Assembly: GCF_006345805.1 (NCBI RefSeq)
Contig: NC_042998.1
Coordinates: forward strand, 37,510,001 to 37,574,000
DNA from: Octopus sinensis
Taxonomy: Eukaryota
Direction of reading: 5' to 3'
DNA length: 64,000 nucleotides
How positions within the stretch are numbered: the stretch's first letter is position 1; each line of letters begins with the position of its first letter. A program made the position numbers and the translations under genes. This document shows, one piece after another, positions 53,971 through 64,000 of the stretch. The notes under the pieces were generated by a model that did not search any database, was not told where the DNA came from, and saw nothing but the letters and a program-made list of their open reading frames with translations.

Positions 53971-55137
53971 TACATGTGTATTCAATGGCGAGCAGGCCAT
54001 ATTTGTGTAGCTTATTTCCATATACTCAAACTATGTTATTAATTGCTATATGATGGTGCGCTGTTATTGTACACGTAGAGCATATCTTTATTCAGCTGTT
54101 ATTAGATAAATATTACTCGGACAGAAATTTTAAACATTGACTTTTCCGGATTAGAACTGAAATCAATAGCCATTATTTTTCGTTTACATTTTCTTCTGTT
54201 TTCTTTTCCCCTTTCATGTATATTGAGTAGCTGTATGTTTCTATTTCTAATTTGAACATGTAGTACGCAGGAGATTTATTATCGTTTGAGGCACAGCAAC
54301 AAAAGTATTATCACCATCAGCCTTAACGTCCGCAATAAACTTCAAAACATGCAATTTATTCTTCCTATTACGTGTTTGTTTGGAACTGTAACACTTTCTG
54401 ACTAATTCTATATGAATCCGGGTGTAAAAAGGAATATCTTCAGACTTATAAACTAATGAAACCTGAATTAATTGCCAAGTGTAAACATTGTTATAATTGA
54501 TGAGATGAACTTATTCAGGCATTCAGGAATAGCGATATATATCTCTGAACTTAGGTTGGCCTCAATCTGATGTTATGAAACGACTCAATCTATAGCTGTA
54601 CTCACCTAGCATATCTATGTTTGTAGGTATGTATGTATGTATGCATTATCTATCTAGCTATCTATATATTCGTCTGTACATACATAAATATATATATAAA
54701 TACATACATAAATACATATATACGTACAAAAGCACACCACGCACATGCGCACACACACAACAAAACACACGCGCGCATTGTAGAATTCGGTAACAAGCCA
54801 GTCACTAAAAAGGTTATTGGGTATTAAACTTCGATGCTCCATGTTAATACATGTCAACCGTGGAAAGAGAGAACAATAACTTAATGTAGATATAACAGTG
54901 GCATACTTCCTCCTCTCCCTTTCCTTTTTTATTTTATTTTTCTTCTCTTCCTTATCCTCCCCCTTCTTTAGCAGTTGATACGCTGGGCTCTAACAAAGAT
55001 ACCCCAATAATGGTTTAATATGTTTTCAATCGATCAAAATATCGATTAATTAAATTCAACCACCGACGCACCCGAAATCAATCAGCCTTCAGTCTATAGC
55101 GCAAAATAATATATAAAATACTTTATTTATGCATTCA

Positions 55138-55170
<33 letters not shown>

Positions 55171-55246
55171 ATATATGTGTGTGTGTGTGAATATATACAC
55201 ACACACACACACATATATATTTATATAAATACACATATACACACAC

Positions 55247-55299
<53 letters not shown>

Positions 55300-55531
55300 A
55301 GGTTGGAGATGGGAAAGATGACTTCCCTTTGCAAATACTGATAGGGCACAGAAAGAGTGTCAATAGCCAGCTGGATGAATTGTCTTCCTGGGGCTACAAG
55401 CTACAGTAGCATCAATCCTTAAGTGTTAGCCACATTTAGATGGGAAATATGCTTTACGATGTCGTGCAGCTACTGTTTATACCTCGCTCAGAGATTTATT
55501 ATTGCTCATATATATATATATATATATATAT

Positions 55532-57285
55532 AAATCTCAGTTGAAAATGAACTGAGAATAGTTAAAATATTTTATTATCAATACATTTAAAGCTTTAACC
55601 GGTTTCAGAGTTTACAGTGATTTTCAAAATGTTCAAATAGAAAGACGTGGCTTATGTCGCAGCTGCCTTGCTTCTGACTAGTGTTTGAAGCTTGCCCTAC
55701 TTTTGTAGGGAGACCATGGATCAAATTAGTATGTTTTGAATAGGATTTGATTGGTAGAAGATAGTCATATAACTAGTATTAGAAATTTTTGTAGGTTCCC
55801 CGCTACGTCTGTGTGTTAGTATCAAGTGACAATGTTTGGCGTCGTAAGTTAAGGCTGTCACGGTTGTCCAGATAATCAAGACTGTGAATATTTTCTGCCG
55901 TTTGTAGAAAACACTTAAGTTTATAATTTTTGTATGTTTCCCGCCACGTTAGTGTCACGTGACAGTATATTTTGTTCTTCAAAAGAAGACCGCCACGCTT
56001 GAGTGAATATATTTAGTTATAATCAAGGCATTCCAAAATTTTGTCAGTCTGGCGTGAGAGTGGACAGGAGTTGCTGTTATTTTGTCCTAAAGCTTAGGTT
56101 GTTAGTTGTGTGGGTTCCTCATAAGTGGCAGAATGAGTTTTGTGTGTGAAGAGTTATTCGTGTATGTACTCTGTAAAATATTTTTAAGCCTTGGTTTGTA
56201 CCTTTGTTTGAAAGTAATTTTTTTGGTTATCTGTGCCTCATCTGTGGTATTCGCTGAACATAGGTAGGGTGAGAAGACTTGTAATGTGGAGGACTTATTT
56301 TTTGCACATATGTCTATGTGTTCACTCAGTGGAATCCGTCTGGTAATGGGTTCTCGTATTTGTTGTCAGTAAATTGTCAGTCTCTTTCTTAGAGTAAGCT
56401 TTGTTTGACATAAATAATCTTCATTACACCCTTGACATCTGATAGCGTATATTAAATTCCTTGAAGAACATGTAAAGTTACTTTTTACGGTTAAAGATTG
56501 TCCTGATTTTAATTTGTATGTTGTGTCTTCAATAAGGTTGATGCAGGTCCCGCAATTAAGGGCAGTCACACTTTTTGACTGTTGGTGTAGGAATTGTGGA
56601 ATGTAATGTAGCACTAGTGAAGAATTTTTTGAGAGACTGATTGTCTTTTACTTTTGCCTTTTTTGTGTATTTCGAATGCTTGTTTGATTCTTGCGACTTG
56701 TTGTAGTAGTGGTTTGTTCTGGTGGATAATATTGTATAACCCTGTGTTTCTTGGGTTATGTGTTGTAATAAAGCGTAGATTATTGGATGTTTCTGGAGCG
56801 TTGTTGTTCCTTTTTTTTCTCTGGTTCTGCGATATTTATTGCTTTGGCACGTTCTATTCCGTTGTCTGTTGACATTAATGGATATTGTCTTTTAAGTAGT
56901 ACTTGCTTTAGTTCCTGTGGTCTTTTATTGCGAGATTCAGGGTTTGAGACAATTGTGCAGATTCTTCTTGCTAGATTAAAGGGGATATTATTCGTCGTGT
57001 GTTTGGGATGGCATGAGGAGAACAGTAAGCATTGTTTAGAATGTTTGTTTGTAGTGAATATCTGTTTCAAGTATATCCAAGAATGGTAGTTGAGTTTTAC
57101 TGTATTCCATGGTAAAGTTAATATTATTGTTTATGCTGTTGATTAGATTTTTGAAATCTATAAGAGTTTTTCAAATGTGTGCGTCCATAGGATAATACAG
57201 TCATCTGAGTAACGTTTTCTGTTTTCTAGTTGATATTCATGGCGGTTCAAGCCATATATTAATTTGGAAATTAAGAGAAACGATC
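55532..57285 (-). mobile_element. Penelope-like retroelement (RT C-half, GIY-YIG endonuclease, 3' region), degraded
   Basis: KRYSDDCIILW (YxDD); SCHPKHTTNNIPFNLARRICTIVS thumb region; FTCSSRNLIYAIRCQGCNEDYLCQT GIY-YIG with CxxC. Confidence 0.85.
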
Positions 57286-57289
57286 ATGT

Positions 57290-58130
57290 CATTAGTACCA
57301 CAACCAGAGCGAAATCCGCACTGTGATTCTGGATAGATATCATTTACAGTGTGTTTGATGATCCTGTCCACAATGAGTCGAGCAAGAATCTTACCAGCAA
57401 TAGACAGAAGTGATATCGCACGATGAGTATCACAAACACTTCTGTTTCTTTTTGTTCTTATAAAGATGTTGAATTGAGGCTTCCTTCAAGACTTGTGCTA
57501 CACGTCCTACAATCTAAATATTAATGAAGAGGTCATGCAATTTCTTAAAAAGCTTCTGTCCACCATGCTTATAGACTTCAGGAGGGACAACATCTCTGCC
57601 AATCGCTTTACCTGAAGATATACGTTTAACTAGTTTACCACTTCTAGGAACGTTGGCTCCAAGAGACAATTCTGGTATTTCAGATTGCTATGGAATAGAC
57701 ATTATGACATCATCATTAGTGACTGAGGTGGAGTTAAACAGGGCTTCAAAGTGATCTTTCCATCGTTTCAGGATGTCACATTTCTCAGGCAACCGTGTCT
57801 CTCTATTAGATTAAAATATAAGAGTAACACCATGCTCTTGAGGCCATCATAAAAGGATTTAGAATCCTTTCTATCAGCATCTTCTTGGAGTTCAGTAACC
57901 TTGGAAGACCACCAAGCCTCCTTCGTCTGTCTAAGAGCATGTTGGGCCTGGCCTCTGCATTTCTTATAAGCATTCTCTCTTCCGGATGAGCACTTATCAC
58001 TTATCCATGTTTTGTGAGAGCTGGGCATTTTATCTCTATCAACTGTTGGACATTTGTGTTATCACTAAACCATTCTTGATGTTTACGAACAGGAAGTCCA
58101 ACAACATGCAAAGCTGCAAAGTGCATTGCA
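57290..58130 (-). pseudogene. RTE (BovB-like) LINE fragment, linker to RT N-terminus
   Basis: HQEWFSDN, KEAWWSSKVTELQEDADRKDSKSFYDGLK, SSGKAIG.DVVPPEVYKHGG and reverse-read SLLSIAGKILARL motifs. Confidence 0.85.
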
Positions 58131-58259
58131 TCACGTATATATATATATATATATATATACACATACATACGTGCATATATACATACATACATACATATGT
58201 ACGTATATGTGTGTGGGGGCTACAAAGGATTATGAAAGAAATGTAATAAACTTAACGAG

Positions 58260-58490
58260 AGCATTGTATATACGTCGCATTAAACTCTGACCAACCACAA
58301 GTCTTCTTTTAGAATACCTGAATATCGCAACAACACGTCCCTGGGAAGCAGTGTATAATGCTTAAAAAAGGAAGGAACCCTATGCATAAATATACGAAAG
58401 CTCTTTGAACGACCCGTACCTTATATAAACGGGAGGAAACGATGTAAGTTTTCCTTGGCAGAAAGGGTAAGAATCCTAAGAATGTCGCTC
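58260..58490 (+). pseudogene. Penelope-like GIY-YIG endonuclease C-terminal fragment (different family)
   Basis: SFRIPEYRNNTSL...PYINGRKRCKF.LAERVRIL resembles the SF....Y.N.T.L / PY......C.LCL.EK..I pattern. Confidence 0.5.
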
Positions 58491-58835
58491 GACCCGGGGG
58501 TCTTTTTAAACCCCAGAAAACAAGTATTCACTAAACACCTACTTCTAAAACGTTTCCTACTACAAACATGGCGTTATCCGTCCATTTAATAGGCGCGGCG
58601 TGCGTGCGTGTGTGTATATATTATATATATGATTCCCCATGATTGATCGCTAGCCACTAAACTTGTTTTTTTTTTTATATTTTCTCTCTATGTTTATTTC
58701 TGTGTTCCTTTCTATTGAAGCGTGTAGGCTCGAAACGTAAAAGACTTTCTCACTTCCCAAGCGTTAAACTAATACATCTGTTTCTTGTTTATACACCCGA
58801 TTTCGTCTTTTGTTTCTTCACAAATTCCAACTATA

Positions 58836-58893
<58 letters not shown>

Positions 58894-59099
58894 GAGAGAG
58901 AAAGAGAGCATTATATATGTGTGTGTATGTGCACGTGTGTGTCTTTTCCAGCAAGATCAATAATCTCATTGATTTTTTTTCTTATAAAATCACCCTGCCG
59001 ACCCTCGTAAAACCACATTGATAAATACCTTCAGTTACCCTTTGAACTTATTTTACATGTAGACGCTCTCATCTTAAACCAGTCTATGACAGAGTTATT

Positions 59100-60020
59100 T
59101 GTTATACATATTGAGCTTATCCTGGTTTGATACTGAAAAGGCTCATCGGTGACCCGAAATATTAGCAGACATGTAAACAAGCCAAGGACGTGTACGTTAT
59201 ATCCGTATATGCAGCTATCTCAATGTTTTCATACCTGATATAAAAAGAGATATTCCATTAATTGATATTATTGTTGTTATAGCTTTTGCTTCTTACGTTG
59301 TATATTGTAGTTGCCAGTAGTAACTTACAATTTTTGAAAAGTACTTTGGCCGCTATTCTATCCTATCATTTTATCGTAAGACTTGTTTGATAAGCATGGA
59401 AAGAAAAAAATCAAAATTCCATTAAGATATAAATATTTTAATCCCTTGAGGTACGTGTCATCGTTTTCTATAAAAGCAAATGAGATTGGCGAAAACATGA
59501 AAATCTCGCTTGTATAAAGTTGTCCTCTATCCAGGAGTTAAAAAGTTGTTTTATTTAATCGAAAGCGAATATTGAATGTCTTGCTAAGATGCTATTCCCA
59601 TGGCAATGCATAATAATATCTCACATCTAAAATGTTTTTTCATTTATTAATATGAAGATTTAAAAGCTTCTTATAGAGGTCCCTCTATGTCATTAGGCAT
59701 GAAACATGCCAAAGGCTTTACAAACTTAATTACAATGTAACCCGTCACTTGTTACTGACTCTATGACAGCCATTAGCCTTTTCTCAGAGGTATTCCAATA
59801 TTTACTAGTGCGTAGCATGCATACACTATAACTGCTAATCTTGTAACTTTTAAAGTACAGAAACGGAGCAAAAGTTATTATCAAGTAGTCCATAAATGAT
59901 GTCCATTTTCTACTTGAAGCTAATAGTAAATATTAGATACCTGAAGATATGAGTTTGATTGTGCCATTTTAGATTTTTAATCCTAACTGCAGCAAAAAAG
60001 AATCACATTAACGTGTTGTT
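59100..60020 (-). pseudogene. Possible hAT transposase relic
   Basis: Only weak remnants (ASSRKW; VL.KL....ACYAL) across broken frames. Confidence 0.25.
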
Positions 60021-60023
60021 GTT

Positions 60024-61418
60024 CTTTTCTAAATATTAGTAAATGTTCTGAATTGCATGAGAGATCTTTAAGCAGAGCATTAGCATATCTGATAATTTTA
60101 TATTGAAATTTAAAAAAAACAGAATAACATAACATGTTATAAATTCTCTATCATAATGTCAACATTTTCTTCCTCATTACAAAACGCATGATCGTCTCAC
60201 TTGTCAAGCACGATTAAGATATCTCCATACATACAGTGAACCACTTTCTTGAAAAATTAACAGTCAGGCACCGATTTGCGCACTAAAATTCTTATAACTT
60301 ACACAGACGCACCATTTGTAGTAAGAATCCATTTCCTCTTACCACAAGAATCCTTGTCGCTCTTAAAATGAAATTTCATGCACTCGAATATAGACACAAC
60401 GTTTAACGGGTGATCTCGGCACTCCGATAATCTACACTAAATTTTATAGTATATGAATTAGTAGTAGCTATATATGCTAGATGTGAGGCATATTTTGAAA
60501 AACACTTTTAATTAAAATTAATTCAAATAATATATTACTTGCATGAAATCATGAAAAATAATTCTAAAACTTTAAATATCTTTTTAAGATCTGTTGGTCT
60601 TATAAAACCATTTACTTACTTCTCATTTCCTGATACAAAACTATTGAGATCGGTTTTGTATTTTCTTAAAACGATATTGTATTACAAGTAGTAAATTCAA
60701 TGGAGTGTGATTAACATTGGTAACTTGAAGCATAACAGAGAACTCTAGCATCAGGTGTAGAGCACATCAAAGCAAAGAAAACTTTTCGAAAAATATTTAG
60801 TCTCACACTTCCGTGCTACTTATCGGTACGTTCATTCTTCTGCATTCTTATCATTAACAAATTTTTTTGTGTATTATATGATAAACAATCAATGATACGG
60901 TCCACCAGCAGCGAGCAAAGGCATTATGGAAACCTATAATTTGCTCCAAGCTCATTTCATAGAATCTTCAAGTACAGGTTATTAAAACATTGGCGCACTT
61001 GGTATTTCAAGTTTAAGACGACTCATCAATGAGCAATGAAAAGTTCTTTTAACGTCAGTTGACACAGAGAAGTATCTTATATGAATAAAATACAGCAAGA
61101 TTGTAACAGGAAATGGATTCTTACTACAAATGGTGCGTCTGTGTAAGTTATAAGAACTTCAGTGCGCAAAACGGTACTTGCCTGTTAATGTTTCAAGAAA
61201 GTGGTTCACTGTATGTATGTGGATATCTTAATCGTGCTTGACAAGTGAGACGAACATGCGTTTCGTAATGAGGAAGAAAATGTTGACAATATAATAGAGA
61301 ATTTATAACACACTATGTTGTTCTGTTTTTTAATTTCAATATAAAATTATCAGATATGCTAATGCTCTGCTTAAAGATCTCTCATGCAATTCAGAACATT
61401 TACTAATATTTAGAAAAC
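60024..61418. repeat. Long inverted repeat, ~315-bp arms and ~760-bp spacer
   Basis: 60024-60342 is the reverse complement of 61103-61418, roughly 90% identical by eye. Confidence 0.9.
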
Positions 61419-61551
61419 AACCGGAGATGCTTGTCTGTCTTACTATCTAACAATATATAATACATATATATTTATGTGTATAAGTATGTGTCTGTATGTA
61501 TATACATATGTACACACACACACACACAACACACACACCACACACACACAC

Positions 61552-61612
<61 letters not shown>

Positions 61613-63886
61613 GCACACATTAATGTTTGTGTTTAGGATCAGTTATAATGAAAAACAATTTCACATTAATCTGAAGCGTTTCCCTACAGTTTTGTACAAA
61701 TTTCTTCTTCTTCAAAAATGTTGTTGACAGTGACTTTCATGTTTCAGCTAGGGGACGAGGCGATCGCCGGTCTGCAATTCGACGATGGCTCAGCTGACTG
61801 AAACTTCAACGTCACTCTCAACAACATTTTTGTATATTTTATCCTATAGTCGTTACAGCCATTAGACTGCGGCCATGCTGGGGTGACTGAATGGAGTAGG
61901 CAAAATCCAGGTGACTTATGTTTCCTCGCTAGCTGATATCTAGAAGTGATAATGATTAATGAACAAGCGGTACTCTGCTAGCTGCTCATCAAGCCGAAGA
62001 TACCTTAGACAAATGAAGGTTACATTGTCGTTAAGCAAACGCAAATTCATTCGAGGGATATTATATATATAAATTTTAATTTAATGTTTCTTTATATATA
62101 CATACATACATATATATATTATATATATATGTATACGTTTTAATTTAATGTTTCTTTATATATATATATAAATTATATAAATTTTAATTTAATGTTTATA
62201 TATGTATATATATATATAGAGAGAGAGAGATGGTATTATTAAAATACCATCACAAGTGGTAAGCGAATTATCAACCGTACAGGCAAATTAATAAAATATA
62301 TACATACAATATTAGATATGTGCATATATACACAAGGGTACCAAGGGAATATGATGACTAATCCGTATTGTTTATATATATATATAGAGAGAGAGAGGGA
62401 GAGAGAGAGAAAGGCGAAAGAGCAGTTAAAGCCGACTTTCAACGTGTTGAATGGCCGTAGTTTTTAAAATATAAATAAGATAAAAGCAATCGGATTTTAC
62501 TCCTTGGTATGAAAATGATGTAAGGCGAGCGAGATAGATGAAGTCTATTTCATTAGTTACTGTGGTCAATACAAAACTAGTTTCACAATTGATATATATA
62601 TATGTATGTATGTATGTATGTGTGTGTGTGTACATGCACGCCAGTATGTCCTGACCTTTTCCTGCATTTACATAAAACAAATTTACTGGTATTACTGCTA
62701 AGAAAAGACTTGTTATAAAACGGAAGTGCGGAGACACTTAAATCTAATGCAACGTGATGAGGTTGAATTTAATTAATGTTGATTTATGAGCATAAATAAT
62801 GATTTCAAAGCTTCTAGTTTAGCTTAGGAAAGAAGTTTGGTTGTTTTAAGGAATATCTCTATTGAATTTATTTATAAGAGTCACTCATACTTTTATCAAC
62901 CTTATCTAACCTGTTGGGGAAAATGTTATCATAAAGAATCGTTAGCAATATGAATGAAATATGCGTTTCTCTAATTATTGCCTGAGCTGACTTAATTCTC
63001 TTCCGTTCTTCTGGTGACAGAATAGCCGAAATCTATAGTAAATGTCATCTGGAACAAAATTTTCTCTGTTCTCATCGCTTGGAATTCTTTATTCGCGTAA
63101 AAAGGTTTCCATGTCACGTGAAATTCTCTTTTTAGTTAAAGACGCTATTTTAATATTTCATTCATTTACAGGTTTTAATCGTTCGATTACTAACATGCAG
63201 GAACACTACCTTTAAGGGTTTGTCACGACATTCAATTCAGCAATTATTTGATCGTCCACATAAAGGTCGAAATGTAAATTCGACATTTTCACAGTCACAA
63301 AAGATGCACAAACACACTCTAACGCTCACACAGCTATATCTTCTCTCTCTCACACAGACACACATACACACACGTGTTAACAAGTATTATGTAAAGAATG
63401 AAAACATAATTCATCACGGCATTGATAAATTTCTTGCAAGAAAGAAGGACTACTTCGCGACAGCGCGATAAGTTTAACCACTGAAGTAATAAGGAACGGA
63501 AAGTCGAGAGCCTAATCCAATTCACTAGCTTGTTACTAAATGTTCGTCTTTTACCTTTCGACGGATATTATGCCTGAATGTAAGCCCTGCCAAACTGTAT
63601 GAATATGTTATTAACAAATGGCACATCCATGGAAAGCAAACACGCCTCCTACTCGATCATTTAGCTTCCTACTTCGTCAAGATTAAGCTGTTAAGGCAGA
63701 GTATATTATCTGCTGTGATGAATGGTTTCTTTAATGAATCAAAATTTAATCAAAACATATCACCTCTTCCATGACTGATGTTTTCTCATTTTATACACAA
63801 TTGATATTGAACAAAATCATTTTATACCCAATACAGTATTTATCTGTTTTAACTTCTCTGAAATCTGTTTATCTTTTTTGTGTTTT

Positions 63887-64000
63887 TGTTATCTCCGCCT
63901 TCGCGAAGGCCAAGGTATTGTTTTCAGTTGTGTTTGTTCGTGAACAGGATATCTCAAGAACCGCTGGATAGATTCGAATGTTTGACTTCGTAATTGGCAC
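63887..64000 (+). mobile_element. Probable 5' end of a Helentron-associated (HINE/DINE-1-like) element
   Basis: ttatctccgcc followed by the 14-bp palindrome gccttcgcgaaggc (63897-63910), then gtattgttttcag...tgtttgtt...aggatatctcaagaac, inserted in a T-rich site. Confidence 0.45.

Noticed and set aside
55590-55620. Degenerate hammerhead-like string at the Penelope 3' end (ctgtaaa-ctct-gaaaccggtt)
   Set aside because: The core and stem II are too damaged to support a call, although the position fits.
62065-62200. Three copies of ttttaatttaatgttt separated by TA runs
   Set aside because: Local slippage duplication in a microsatellite; spacers are TA runs, so not a CRISPR-like array.

Overview
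AT-rich animal genomic DNA, most likely an Octopus species (inferred from the SINE families and the extreme (TA)n/trinucleotide microsatellite load). Only one intact protein-coding region is supportable: a minus-strand bHLH gene orthologous to Drosophila dimmed / vertebrate Mist1 (BHLHA15), 12779-12102. A splice acceptor lies 4 nt before its ATG, so an upstream exon must lie at higher coordinates. The rest is microsatellite plus transposon debris: tRNA-headed SINEs of several families, R4/Dong RLE-LINE ends sitting in (AAT)n tracts, a Tx1/L1-like ORF1 relic, RTE, CR1/L2-like and Penelope-like fragments, mariner relics, MITEs and a 1.4-kb inverted repeat. The most interesting signal is a set of type I hammerhead-ribozyme-like motifs in four different short repeat families (five copies). 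One has a canonical core, one sits behind a tRNA-like Pol III head, and two families have variant catalytic cores, which suggests retrozyme-like or Penelope-derived elements. All calls are by eye; no searches or folding programs were run, and repeat boundaries are approximate unless junction sequences are quoted.
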